Origin: Asterias rubens
Taxonomy: Eukaryota
Assembly: GCF_902459465.1 (NCBI RefSeq)
Contig: NC_047083.1
Span: 1,798,001 to 1,862,000 of the forward strand
Length of the DNA: 64,000 nucleotides
Direction of reading: 5' to 3'
Made by a program: the position numbers and the translations under genes. The notes below the pieces were generated by a model that searched no databases, had not been told where the DNA came from, and saw only the letters and a list, made by a program, of their open reading frames with translations. This document shows positions 37,196-50,534 of this stretch, piece by piece (the first letter of the stretch is position 1; every line of letters begins with the position of its first letter).

Positions 37196-37717
37196 TTAAA
37201 GCAAATTCAAAATTACTATCATATTTTGTGAGGAGTAAAACATAGTTTGTAGTTGTGTACAAAAGTCGACAAAACACTATAGGGACCTAGGCTACCATAA
37301 TCTTATCGTGGCACACAGAACTCCGCGAACAATTTTGAGGAATAGACGTCAGCAATTATAGAATGCCGGATGTAAAATTAACTTGTAAAAATTGCACTAC
37401 GGGTTGGTTCCACACTACGCCAAGTCGTATAAGGGCAAGGTTGGCGGTGGTGCCGGCGCGTCGAGCCCCACTATATCAGGGCCAAGTCCACGCTCAATAC
37501 CTGAAGTCTAACGAAGCAGACACTAATGACCATTGTCAACAAAACGTGTGAAGAAGAAGAAAAAAAGACTTATACAAACTGTTGCTCTGTATTAAAAAAA
37601 AAACAGTTCACTTTTTAATAATATAATCACGCTTTGACATGAAAAAAACAAAACATGGTTTTCTTTGCGAACAATACGAAAGACTTGATTCAGAATATAA
37701 AACCGCATGTATTCCAG

Positions 37718-37900
37718 GACCCAAATGCATAAAACACTGCTTAGCGAATTGATTTGCTTAGCAAACAATGAGTGGGTACCAGTTGCAACAATGTAAACTT
37801 AATTGAATTTTGGCTGATAAACCACTTGCTGCTAAGAATGACATTTCTGTGCTTAGCAAGTTTTTTATGCTTTATACAGGTATTCTGAAAATGGGCACGG
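37718..37900. mobile_element. Decayed Harbinger-type MITE; a related fragment lies near 62530-62640
   Basis: cag|GACCCAAATGCATAAAACACTGCTTAGC ... GTGCTTAGCAAG ... TGAAAATGGGC. The internal block gtgggtaccagt..caacaat.taaacttaat recurs at about 62550. Confidence 0.5.
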
Positions 37901-38398
37901 GTGATAAGCAACAACGCACAATAACGAATGGAACGGTTTAAACTCGATTTTTATAGGCGCTCATTGAAGTTTGCCCAGTTTCCGGTCGACCTTGAACTTG
38001 GCTTAAAACACGGAAGGGTTTAGCGTTCATACCCTGGTGTAGAGACGACGTAAATGACATGATTTTCGGTACTTAAAGGTTTACAATCTGGGATAATTCT
38101 TTCCATCTGCAGATAGATAGACATGAAACCCTCCGGCGAACTTGAAACAAAAATACAGGTTTCATTTTATTATCGGGGATTTTGTTTTAATCATTATTAA
38201 AAGATGAGCACAGCATTGGTACCACTAAAAGTGTAGACGATGCGACTTGTGACATCACATGTTTACAAAAGAGCTTGGAATTCCTACACGGTCCAAATCT
38301 TACAATTTGTGGAGATTGCACTGTCAGATTGTTTTCTGTCTAAAATAGTGAAAACATGTCTTTTTGTGTGATGGCCGATTGAGCCTATACACTGCACT

Positions 38399-38440
38399 TC
38401 TCCTGAAGACGAGCAGAGTATACTGTTTGAAATGTCGAGA
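38399..38440 (+). ncRNA. Minimal type-I hammerhead-ribozyme-like motif (Penelope-like element remnant), partly decayed
   Basis: TCTC-CTGAAGA-C-GAGCAG agtata CTGTTT-GAAA-TGTC-GAGA: stem I TCTC/GAGA, CUGANGA core, 6-bp stem II, GAAA and a GUC cleavage triplet. Confidence 0.55.
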
Positions 38441-39305
38441 CCAAACCGGCTCTTCTCAGAGCCAACACAAAAAGAGATTTACACATGGTTGTACCCGCAA
38501 GTTTACTATTTATTTGTAGTTTTTTTCCTGTTTCTCCACACCATGCAAAGCTTCAAACAATACTATACACTTTAACAGGTTTGTTATTTTGTGTATGTGT
38601 CGGGTAACATTAAGTGCGAATAATGAAAACACCAATTAATGTTGTGTGCGTGATTTTAAGTGTACACATTTCTCTTGAAGACGCAAGAGCTTACTGATCG
38701 AAACGTCGCTTCTTTGTACAACAGACGTTCTTCTAAAACAACCCTCATATCAACTCACGTGCATGATATTGTAAGCCGTTCTGGATTGTATTCCTATACG
38801 CGGTGCAAAGTTTCAAATCCAGCTATTCATTTATACATATACATTATATTACCACAACCCTTACTGTTATCATTTTGCAGAATGCTTACTAAAATTACAT
38901 TTTTTTTAACGACAAGTGGGCTTTCGACAAAAGTATGACCAAAGTACGACCCTACCTTTTAATTACTAATAGAACAATGGCATATAATAACCCAAGGCAA
39001 TGAAGTATCCACTCAGGACTTCTGACGCCTCTAATGCTTTGTACACAAATAAGTACAGATATCACATTGGTTGATAGTTATTATGAAATCTCGAAACAGT
39101 AATGGACAGACGCGGGTTCATTATCAACTGAGCAATCGCAGAGTCCGCAGCACAGATACCAAATCTCTCGAGATTACACCAACGAACTTCAGATTCGTAA
39201 TTTTGTCAGTTTCTTGGAAGGGTCTGAAAACAGGAAGTGCCACGCTCCGAAAGAGCCACAATATAATTCTTTTTAAATTGTTGCTTTTTATAGTTTCTAG
39301 GAATG

Positions 39306-39313
39306 TATAAAAG

Positions 39314-39345
<32 letters not shown>

Positions 39346-39407
39346 GGAAGAAGGCATTTGCATCGCGTCCAATCAGGGTAGCGCGCGCCGCGCGGCCCCC
39401 ACCCGCC
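39306..39407. promoter_or_regulatory. Compact promoter/enhancer-like module inside the largest Pax6 intron
   Basis: TATAAAAG 39306, octamer ATTTGCAT 39356, CCAAT 39369, GC box ccccacccgcc about 39396, in a CpG-rich patch. Confidence 0.3.
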
Positions 39408-40537
39408 AAAAGAAGGAAACATTACTGACGGTCGAGTGCGCTTAAATGCGTGTCTTGACGGTCTATACTGGAGATTATTCAACGATTCCTGCTGGTGGGC
39501 AGCTTTGAAAATCCCGGCTACATCCGGCCCCGATGAGAAATGGTGAGATTTCATGATTGGGGAGGGAAAGGAGTGGATGAGAAGGAAAGAGTGGGATTGT
39601 CTGGAAACAGACGAACTGAATTAATGGGGTTGTGAAGGACTTAAATGCCGTTTTTACAGAGCTTTTTATGCATAGTTCTTAAAGCTTGTGTAAGAAGTAT
39701 AGCATCCAAGTTGGTCCCAGTAATGAAGACACTGGGTAAAGGGAAACTGATCCCTAACCTCGACCCCATCGCGTTCTCTGTGCGGGGAAGTTGAACACTT
39801 GTTTTTCATGGAATGTGTACATTCATGTCAAGCCCACCTTTGCCGAACGAACTGATGTCAAACTTATCACATTATTTGAGTAATACTTTTTGGGGAAAAG
39901 TACATCTTTGTTTGCCTATATACAGTTGAAAGTTTCTTTAAAACAAAACCCAAAACCTGCTTTTAGAAGCTGTTCTGATTTTCAACTTCTTGATTTTCAA
40001 CTTCATTAAGTTTGATATAAGAGATTTTTTAGTAGCAGGTTTGATCGTCCATGGTTTGATGAACTTTAAAACTTCAAAAACGTTGGTGGCGCTCTTAATA
40101 CGCACCACTAATTTGATCCGATGAGTGCCTTCTAATAGATTGAGGGCGCTGTTTAAACTATCCCAGTAAAGTTCGGTTTGATATTAAAGTTCAACAGAGG
40201 GGCAACTGATATAACTCACAGGCGCAGACCGAGCGAGTTTAATGTGCACGAGTTCAAAGGAAAAATAATAATAACATTCACACTTTAGCATTATTGGAAT
40301 TAGGTGATAATAGTCCACGTGTGAGAGGCAGCGTAAAGGCCTTGTCACACGGGACATGGAGGCAACCAACTACAGTGTATGCTACAACTTATAATATAAT
40401 AATATAATATCGAAGTCTTACACAGCGCACGTATCTACCAAACAAGGTACTCAAGGCACTGAGTATATACAAATTTTCAGAAAGATAGGTTATTGCAGTG
40501 ATGAATTCTGAGACCCAATTATTTAGCACCTTATAAG

Positions 40538-40708
40538 GGTTTACAAGGTGCTACGGCGCATACAGCAGCCACAGCCAGGCACACAGTGGTGAACCCCTTT
40601 TCTTGTTGATAAGGGTTCTTTTACATGCGTTACACAACACTCGGGACCAACAGCTTTACGTCCCATCCGAAGGACGAAGCAATGTTTAAGTGTCTTGCTT
40701 AAGGACAC
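40538..40708 (-). mobile_element. SINE core/body fragment
   Basis: The reverse complement contains GTGTCCTTAAGCAAGACACTTAA (a core typical of deuterostome tRNA-SINEs), then CTTCGTCCTTCGGATGGGACGTAAAGC and the block shared with 7582. Confidence 0.65.
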
Positions 40709-40822
40709 AAGGTAGCACATGTGTAAAATGTCAAACAATGACATACAATCCCCAAGTGTCTTGCTTAAGGACACAAGGTAGCACATGTGTAAAATGTCAA
40801 ACAATGACATACAATCCCCAAG
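40688..40822. repeat. Perfect 66-bp tandem duplication at the SINE junction
   Basis: aagtgtcttgcttaaggacacaaggtagcacatgtgtaaaatgtcaaacaatgacatacaatcccc at 40688 and again at 40754. Confidence 0.95.
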
Positions 40823-43800
40823 AAACATTATGTGAACGTTCAAATGAGAATGTCTTTCCTTCTGTGAGATTGCCTTGAGCTAGTTGCCTGTAAATTCCCT
40901 CGTTTGGTAATGACAATAAAGCACGAACAATTAGTACTCAAAGGAATTGTATACTAAAGCAACTGAATTTCTACTTCTGAAAATTGTTTCAATTTTTCAT
41001 CGAAAGATATCCTCTTTGTGGTCGAATTCTTTCGACTAGTAACTGCTGTCAAAATTGCCAAACTGATGACAGAGAAAGCACTTCACGGCAAAACTTTAAA
41101 TCTAACCTAGACATTCATCAGCTACCTGTCTTCTTTTGAAGGCGAAGTGAACACCGAGAAGAATTGACAAAAAGGTCCTTTCCTCTAAGATTGGCAATAA
41201 TCCGAGACATTGATTATTTCATTGAAAAGCGTGCGATAAAACCATGGCTTTGATGCAAAAGAGATAGTTACTTGTAACCGGTACTGTACCAAAGTGTCAC
41301 GAATTTCTGTGCATCTTTTATATTGCAGTTTTACCCTTTTCCGGCTTCTAGTCTTTTGAAAGTCACACAATAAAAACGGGTAGAAACTTGCCATTGAGGC
41401 TGGGATTCTGTGAATGAGCACGAATGAAACATAAGTATTTTCTTTGAGTTGCTTTTTATCTTTTGATGGAGTGTTCTCCTTCCGGCTTCTAAACGATGAA
41501 GTATCTATTCTTCTTTTCGAATCGTCACGCATTGTCCCTTTAAGTTGTCGATGTACAGATACGTTGCAATTCGAAGTGTGGGGGTAATACTTCTTAAACC
41601 GATACACAAATACTTGTGTTAAAATTGCGCGGGAAAAAATAATTATCGTCATTGGCGTTTGGCGCTCATTGGGGAGTTGCCGTCTCAGACGACCGGCGCC
41701 TTCCCGCCAAAAATCCCCAGTGAGCGCGGAAAAAAAAAAGTTGAGGATAAAAAATGTCTTGTCTCTTTCTCATTGCATTGAACGGCCGGCAATGAAAGGC
41801 GCGAATCAATGCTCGTTTCACACAAACACATGGGAGCTTCTGATCAGATTTGAGAAAATGGAATTTCCTTGGATAAGAATCTCTTAAGATTTTTTTTTTA
41901 TATTTCCCCCCACTCTCTCTCGAACAAGAAGCTCTTAGAGCAACCCACGGGGGAAATCGCCTCGGGGAACGGCGGCATGGCGTGTAGGGGGAGAGATAAA
42001 ATGAGCAAGCGGGAAATGGAATAATAAAAAAAAAAACTGAAGGGAAGTGGGAAGGGAAGCTGCGGCTGACCCTGAACTTGGCTCGAGCGGACGGTAGGAG
42101 GTTGAGGCGTGAGAGGGAAAGACACTGATAAACCCGTCTTTAAACATCCGGCTAACAAAATCCCTTTCCTGTACACCCCTCTGATCAATTGATTGACCAA
42201 TTATTGCACTTGCTCCCCACCATTTTATGATGACGAAAGAGTTTTAAACACGAGGAGCCAAACTGATTGGAGATCAAAAGACGAAAGTGAATGTTGAAAA
42301 CCCTTCAATGTTAAAACTTTACTTTTGATTGCTGGCTGTATCTATGTGGGTTCGATGTGCAGGGTCGAAGTTGTGGGTTGGAACACAGGGAGGGGATGCT
42401 TTGGGGGTGTGGCTCACAAATTCCCCCTATTTTTTCTTCTGTTGAATTCAAAAACACACCTTCAAGTCCCGACTGCAAAATAACACAACCGACAGGGTTT
42501 GACCAACAGCATGGAAGTAATTTGTACATAAAATTGCAAAAAAAAAAAAAAAAACTGTTTTGTTTTTAGTTTTTAGATGAGAAACTGAATTATACGCATC
42601 CGAAACAAGCAACGATTACTCTATTAGATTGTTACTATTTCTTCTCTTGTTTTTAAAACATGTTTTCTTTCCACATGAAGGGAATTTATGAAAATTTTCA
42701 TTTTGGGACAACGGCTGGATCTAATTTTGAAGTATCTTTGTGATGCAGAATAATTTTCGAGGAGGGAAATCGAGCTTGCTCAAGTGTAAGTTTTGGAAAG
42801 GGTAACCAAATTATAAAGGTTCAACTGTTGTTGGCATGAAGAAACAAACTTGCCTTTATTCCATTTTGTTACCAGACCGTAAATTCTTGCCAGTGCTCCG
42901 TTTGGTACAATCTTTCATTACAATCAACATAATTGTTATTTTGGTTTGTTGACTGTTCTGTTGTATGTAATTTTCCTCCAAATCAATTAATTCATCAAAA
43001 AATGCCATTACAACTAGTTTGAATATGTGACCAACTCCATCATTTCGTGTGAGCAGAATACAACAACGACCTGCACTTCAGCTGAATTAATAAGAATGAT
43101 CACAAACAGCAAAAAAAAAAAAAAAACAACACTTTTGACATCCCGCTTCCCAAAAAAGAGTTGGTCCTCAAAATGGTTTTGATCTTCCAAAACAAAACGT
43201 TATCCCACCGACTCCAGCCTTGACTATGATTACCCTTGGCCCCTCTCTTTCCTACCCGCAACAAATCCTCTTCGCCAACCCGTTCCGAACAAAGAGAAAC
43301 TCACAGCGATATACCAGTTAATTTTTCATTATGAAAACAAAGTATTCTGGGCAATTACTGAGGAAGGAAAAATAGGAAGCTGTGAGTGGCGGTAGTACTA
43401 GTCAAGAGTCTGATGGGGGGGGGGGGGGGGACTTAAAACATGTCCTTCGGGCCGAGAAGGGCAGATGGCTGGGATGAGAGTCCACCCATCATTCCCGGAC
43501 TTCACGTATGCTTCTCCCCGCTATGCATATTTTATGAGCTCAGCAGACGAGGACTTGAAAATGGCGGGAAGATTGTGATGGAGGTAAAAATAAGAAGAAG
43601 AAGAAGAAGAAGTCTGCTCCGGCATGCGGGACGAGGATTTAGATATTATGTTAAATAAATTAGTTGCTAGTCCTTGGTGGGTAGGTTGACCACTCCAACT
43701 GAAGGTTGTTATTATGGCTTTGTTGTTGTTTTTTTGTTTTCAGTCGGTAGATTCTGGCGTGTCTTCGTACTGCCAACTATACTTTAAGCTACTTCGTTTT

Positions 43801-44021
43801 AAAGCATGTTTCTACTGGTAAGGGTAGGGTCATAGCTTTTGTTGTCAAAGATATTTTGATACTTTAGACCAAACTATACAAACAAAGCCACATGTAAAAG
43901 TTTCAGGTAAAAGAGTTTCTTGCTAAGGGGACAAACACAGCAACAACCGCTAGGGTGTTTGAAGCATCTCTGGCCGCAGCATTCAAGTTTGAATCTTTTC
44001 CAAAACCCGACTCGATTCAAA

Positions 44022-44094
44022 TAGCTCGGTAGGATTTAAACCCACAACCTTGTAATTGCAGGTCCAGCAGTCTAACCACTGGACCACGGTGACC
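44022..44094 (-). mobile_element. tRNA-derived SINE head or tRNA pseudogene fragment, same family as 3963
   Basis: The reverse complement GGTCACCGTGGTCCAGTGGTTAGA...GGGTTTAAATCCTACCGAGCTA is highly similar to the 3963 copy. Confidence 0.65.
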
Positions 44095-44713
44095 AGAGGT
44101 TTGCATTCGTCTGCTAACCTCTGACCTGTAAGCACGTCAATACTGAGTCACACAATGCTAGATATGGTAAGAGAGGCAGTTCCTTTAACGGTAGATAGTT
44201 CAATTCCGAGTCGAGTTTGCAACCGTGACGGTTTGTGGCACCGTGCAAAAAGAAGGGCGCCCTCACTTTTCACAACTCGCAAAACCCACATGAAGCCAAT
44301 TCGACTGTGAATTAAGTACATACGAAGAACAACCGAAACAAAAAAGGGCAGAGTGCTAGAGATATTTCTCAGCGACCTGGGAAGAGAACGATTCCATATG
44401 GTCTGTATACTTTACATATACAGATATCAATAAAGAAAACAAAAATCAAGAAAAAGTTACGATTCTGAATGTTGATTTAATATTGAGGGCGAACCCCCCT
44501 TTTTAATACAAAAATGCCAAGAAAGGGTTGGACAACAATTGCACAAAACAAAAATAAAATAAGAGAGGAGCAAAGGCATCTATCTATAGAGGGGTGAGTC
44601 TAGCCGAGCGCGTCTAATAAGCACTTTGGAAGCGCGTCGTCATCGTTAATAATCCAGAGTTGGAAAGGTTCGGGTCGGAGGTAGTGGATGCCACGACAAA
44701 GAACAGCAGCAGC

Positions 44714-44739
44714 GGGGGGGGGGGGGGGGGGGGGGGGGG
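44714..44739 (+). repeat. G26 homopolymer, the longest of many poly-G/poly-C tracts in the window
   Basis: Read directly. Other tracts lie near 937, 6209, 6718, 13792, 26957, 43416, 44911, 47836, 48424, 53453, 55695, 59686 and 62724. Confidence 0.9.
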
Positions 44740-45108
44740 AGAAAATAGAGAGCGCCAAGAACTGTGGACAGCTCTGCGATGTTTTACAACTGAGTCTCCA
44801 AAAAGAGAATTGGGTGTTTTTTATTTGTGGTCAAACTCTTTGCAGGAGGAAAAAAACCTCGCACTTAATAAAATTGTCAACAATTAGACTTGGGGTTGCG
44901 GGTGGGGAAAAGGGGGGGGGGGGGGGTTGGAAACCTCGAAGTGGCCGGAATTTATAGAGCTGTTGGTTTATAGAATTTGGACGGTTGATGGTGATGGTGA
45001 TAATCAAATTAGAAAGGGCTTTTAATTTGTGGAAGAGGTTTGGTGATAAGATGGACAATTATTATTGCAAGTTTTGTTAAGAACAGGTCAGTAACGGTCA
45101 ATAAAGGT

Positions 45109-45150
45109 CTTGACAAGATTGAATAAACACTTGACAAGATTGAATAAACA
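45109..45150. repeat. 21-bp tandem duplication
   Basis: cttgacaagattgaataaaca, twice. Confidence 0.9.
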
Positions 45151-47116
45151 TTTTTGATAAGTCAAAAAGACCTTGTTCCAACACTTTTGTGAGCAAACTA
45201 GGCTTTCCAGCGAAAGTCGCTGACGTTTTTTATTTCTTTTCTGTTTAACTATACTTTTATTGTGCTATTTTATGAAATTTAATGTTTGTATCCATCGTTT
45301 CATTGGCGCTTGCGCTTTTGGACGTGGCTGACATTAAATAAATGAAATAAATAAACTTCATCTCTTTGATAATCGTGTACTCAACTTCTTGTCCACTATT
45401 CAGCTTCATTCTATAATAAAGTTTGTTTCTGTTGGTTTTTAGAGACGCTTCCAGTGTGTACTCATTGTTCATACGATGCAACATCGTGGCATGCATCTAA
45501 AACCAAAGAGTTTTACTTGCTAAGTGATTTAGAATAATACGAGCGACTAGAAACAAGTCTATTATGCACATCTCTTCGTTATAAATAATGACACATCACC
45601 GCAATTTGTGTTTTGTTTTGTTTGTCAAAACAATGTTTTTAACGACATGAGAGGCTACATAGATTCTTCAGATGAAATGTTTTGATGGTTAGTGTTTTTT
45701 TATTCGTTTAAAAAGTTGATAATACAAAAAAAAAATGTTTTGTTGCTTTTTCGAAGCCTCTGCGCAGGTCTGGTTCTGGGCTCCGTTTTATGTTGGAAAC
45801 ACTTTGCAAAATGTACACTGCTCAAAAATTGATGGGCGACCCTAAGCCTGAGCTCATGCCGATGTTTGGAAAAGGCCCTTTGTTACACTCGCCGATGACA
45901 GCAGATTTTTTTCACTCAAAGTTCACTCCATATGGACAGAGAAAATAAAACGGCTAAAATGCCACCAATCACTCATGCTGTGCCCAATCCCTCCAACTGA
46001 CATTAAGTCTTCAATATGGTAATTAGCACTCAAGGGACAATCCAACAAAATTTGGCGGGAAAGAGAAGAACAAAAATGGCGCGAAGATGATGGAAGTGGT
46101 GCAGCATGGAAACAAATGGTGGTCGCGATCATTTTTTAGTGTGTGAAATAACGCGCGGTTGATTAGCTACGGATTTAGTGGGCGCTGTTAAGAGCGATGT
46201 GGGGGACTTTTTTTGTGTATCTTCCTCTCTTCCCGAGTCCTTTCTGAGGTTGGGAGGTACTTGAAGGAGATGGGTCGCACTTGGAGAGGGAAGGAGATGG
46301 GGTTCTGGTGAGTTTGACGAGGGAGGAAATTACTTGTGTGGTGGGATTGAAGACGGCAATCACCAGTCTCCAGGACCGGTGGGAATAACCCACGTATTTG
46401 GGAAGCCCTTTAAATAACGTCAGTTGATTGACGCTATAGGCCAATCATCAACTTAACAAAAACACAGCCTTTTTGTTGGCACTGTGCGCCCTTTTTCGTG
46501 TCTCGAGACGATGTGGTGGATATCACAGGTTTCTGACTTTTTTCTTTTTCAATGATTTGTTTTCCTTCTTCTGGAATTTCTTTCGCCCGATTGAATTGTT
46601 TATGCCTTGATGCTGATTGGGTGGATTAATATAGTACGGAGGAGTCAGGGAATTAAGTGACACGAACGGAGCCTATAAACGGTGGTCGAGAGATTTAGGG
46701 GATCAACGATAACAGAAAAACGAAGAGTCTCCAAAATCCCGGTCTAAAAAATGTGATGAGCCCAGTTTAAAAGTCCAGCTTAAAACTGAGATATGGCATC
46801 GCTGTCGATATCAAAATCATGAATATGACGCATTGGACTATGACTTGTCAAAATATTTGTATGGAAATGTACATTTTCAACTTATTTGCCATTATCATTA
46901 TGACCCATTTTGGGGTTGTTATTTTCTTTCTGGTGTTTTTTTTTTCGAGTGAGTCCTATCGATTTTCGTTGAGGCGAGGTCAACTTTCAAACTATGTGTT
47001 GCCAAACTTTCCTATTTGGTCAAACCATTATGTAAAACATATTGACTGGAAGGTCCAAAAACTAACACTATGGACTGCTAGTGAGTAAACAAAAACAATA
47101 CTAATGCCCTACTAAC

Positions 47117-47315
47117 CTTCTTTTTTGCAGTTTTCAACCTCGTGCACGTGGTTCATCTGCGTCATGTGCTGACCGGGCATGGAGGCGTTTGGAGAATACC
47201 ACGTGCCCGGCCTCGGCCATTGTCCATTGAGCATGCGCAGTTTATCAAACATGGCGTCGTGTCCCATGTTCTTCTCTGCAGCCAGGCTTCGTAGCACTCT
47301 ATTGATTGATGAGAC
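47117..47315 (-). CDS. Pax6: Pax6 exon: end of paired domain and linker (VSSINRVLR...[12 protein letters not shown]...CKKE)
   Basis: Acceptor ttcag|GTC (phase 0), donor GAAG|gttagt (phase 1), 199 nt. Contains the conserved Pax6 linker motif M(Y/F)DKLRMLNGQ. Confidence 0.97.
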
Positions 47316-50152
47316 CTGAAACAGTCGTAGAGGAAAACGGAGAAAATAAGTATCAACGAGAATCACCGAGATTTAAACGAGAACGTGCGAGGTGTTACCA
47401 TGATACATTAACTTAAGTCAATCTCTTATGAACAATTACTTCAAAATGCCCTTTGAAAGTTTTAAGTATAGTTAAAACTTCCCGTTATGTTTGTAAGCTT
47501 TAAAGATTTGTGTCAACAATTCATTATAATACCGCCCTCTGTTGACAGTTTCAAAAACGCCACAGCAAAAAGCATCAGTCCTTGCTCATTTTGAAAAGGT
47601 GAGACAAAAAATACATTATGAAAAAGTGCATATTAGGATAATCTCATGCTCTATTAGGAGAGGGGTTTCTAGCGAGTTGTCAGGTGAGTATGACAGACAG
47701 TGAATCTCCACCTCCCTCGGGTGTGAGCATCTTACAAAGATCGCGCAAAAAAAAAAAACACTGAGCGCCGAGCGCGAACCATTCACCAAACTCTGCCTCA
47801 GAATGTGCTCTAAAAACTCCGGGAATAGACGATACCCCCCCCCCCCTCCATCACAAAGGAGAACCGAGTAATGCTTCCCCACGCGTGTATTAGCAGAGCA
47901 AAGGGCACGGCACTAATCGTGATTTGTAGGGGAAATAAAAAAAGGCGCGAAAATGACTGTGGTTTAAACTTGATTTGGCGCCCTTCTGTGACCCGGTGGG
48001 ACCTAAAGTGCGTTCGGTGTGACATATTGACACCTTGCTCTTCACAGGCATTTTTTGTCTCTCGTCTATTTCTTCTTATACAACTGGTTAAAATGACAGC
48101 CGCTGATGTACACTATTAAGTTGAATCACTACTTAGGTTTGATTGGCAGCCAGGAACTGGGGAGCAATTTATTAAACAACAGCTGAAACTAATGATGACA
48201 CATCTTTTAGGCGCCTTTTTGATAGTGTTTTTCTTTGCACTGATGGCTCGGCTTAAAAAAAAGCATACGGTTCGGTCCGGACCCGAGGCAGAAACACAAA
48301 ATTAAAATTTGAATGCAATGATACATTTTGTTACTAAGGATGTGATTGGATTCGGGTTTAAATTTAAATAAAAGATCATTTGAACAATGGATTGCACTCC
48401 AAGTTGCCCGTTCCAAATCTTACCCCCCCCCCCCCTGCTCCCAAGCTAACTTGGAAACGCTACCCAGCAAATTTATCATCGGTCGACAAAACCGACAGGA
48501 GTGATGACAATTTCTCTACTTACAAAAATGTACAGGTCAGTTTGTCCGTCGAGCAATGGGTTTGTCCTTGCCGAGGTGTCGCCCGTTTGTTTTGATTTAC
48601 AATAAAAAAAGCCGAGGAGTAGATTTACAGCGACCGTAAACCTTCTTCATTTAGTGGGAGTATCAAAGTCTATTTTGCCCGTCGACCCTGCTCGCTTTAT
48701 CCCGGTTTGGTTGGTCTAAAGGTTGTCTGACAGCGAGTGCTTGGGTTATGATGATAATTAAAAAGCATATTGACGCATATTATAAACAAAGGAAGTGTTA
48801 ATTAGAGCCGTTAGGAATTCTCTTACAACGGCATGCCATGAGATAGTAGAGGAAAGACGGTGTCCTATGACATTCAATGTGCATCAGGCGTAAGTCTGTC
48901 ACAGGACTATTTTGCCCTGTACATAGCTTTTAGGTAAAGTTCTTCAGCGATCTGAGGGGACAGTTTCAGAGAGTTGCTTATGACGTCATGGTAATGTGTT
49001 TAGTTGCTGTTCTCGTCAGATGTTATAGGAAATGGTTTCATTTTTTAAGGAAGGAGCAAAATAAACCAAAAGGGCAAAATTTTCAGTAAACATTTGTGAA
49101 AAATTTGTAATGTGTATTGTTAGCCTACTATGTGTAGCTTTTACCCTAACACTGAATAAGGCCTACACATTTGAAGAGTATGCTTTCATCTACAATTATT
49201 ATTGATTACTAATTAAAAATGTGCAATATTCAACAATAAACATGAAAGTGTTCATTTCAACAGACCACATTGTACACACGAGAATCAGTTGACAGCAAAT
49301 CGAGACAATTTACATGTCAACCAGGTGGGAATCACTGAAAAGAATTCATTTTTAAATTAGCAAGAGTGTGGGAGGGAAGAGAAGGGGAAAAAAATCGACA
49401 CTCAGCGAAACAAAAACAATTTATCAATATTATCTGATAACAAAAAGTGCAGGCAGTTCACAACATGCGGGTATGCTGGGAAGACTCGATGTGGGTAGAG
49501 GCCCCCTGCTGAGCCCGGTGAATAGAGCGGGAACGGGAGGCCAACGCTGGGCCGTGCTAGCGCGCCGGGGGACGGTGTTATGAATCCGCCATATCCGCCG
49601 GGAAAATTCGCGTATGGCGCAAACATTACATTCACAAAACATACAGGGCATGATTACTTTTTTTAGGAAACCCACTGAGAAATTCGCAAGTAGATATTAT
49701 TATTGTGATATTGAAAGGAACATGAGGGAAAGGTATTTATTTGTTTTTGTTGACAGGAAAATGGCAACCTGTTGAGATGGAAATTGTTTCTCTTTTCGTT
49801 TCGAACAAAAACATTTAATATACAACAAACTTGAAAAATAATTAAATTTACAGGGAGCGTAGAAACCATTCTCCACGAAAAACTGAAAAGTAAATATCAA
49901 TAGTTTTAATTTGTTCACAATTAATATTTATATAGGCCCCTTATAAAAATATATTTCAAACTTGTAAGACAATTACTATTACATTTGAATTGGCATTCAA
50001 ATTTAATGCACCCCTTTCTCATTAAAAAAACAACCTTCCTTCGGCTTACTTATTTGATAAGTAAACTCATTATGACAATTTTAGCAGTCTTAGTTCGTTA
50101 CGTTATAAACAAACAAAAACGTGTTTACTTGCAGTATTATTGTGGTGTTTAA

Positions 50153-50534
50153 AGGCAGTGGACACTATTGGTAATTGTCAAAGACTAGCCTTCACAGTTG
50201 GTGTATCTCAACATATGCATAAAATAACCAACATGTGAAAATTTGAGCTCAATCGGTTGCAATCAAAGTTGCAAGATAATAATGAAAGAAAAAATCACAT
50301 TTGTCACACGAAGTTGTGTGCTTTCAGATGGTTGATTTCGAGACCTCAAGTTCTAAACTTGAGGTCTCGAAATCAAATTCGTGGAAAATTGCTTCTTTCT
50401 CGAAAACTATGGCACTTCAGAGGGAGCCGTTTCTCACATTGTTTTATACCATCAACGTCTCCCCATTACTCGTCACCAAGATAGGTGTTATGCTAATAAT
50501 TATTTTGAGTAATTACCAATAGTGTCCACTGCCT
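50153..50534 (-). mobile_element. Kolobok-type MITE family A, near-perfect copy
   Basis: ttaa|AGGCAGTGGACACTATTGGTAATT ... AATTACCAATAGTGTCCACTGCCT|ttaa: perfect 24-bp TIRs and a TTAA duplication. Confidence 0.9.

Noticed and set aside
42202-42218. TATTGCACTTG, matching the 5' part of miR-92-family microRNAs
   Set aside because: Only about 11 nt match, the 3' half diverges, and no precursor hairpin is evident.
46240-47690. Strong plus-strand donors (CTG|GTGAGT at about 46307, CAG|GTGAGT at 47684) suggesting an antisense spliced RNA
   Set aside because: Isolated 9-mers are expected by chance in 64 kb and there is no supporting exon chain. It needs stranded RNA-seq.
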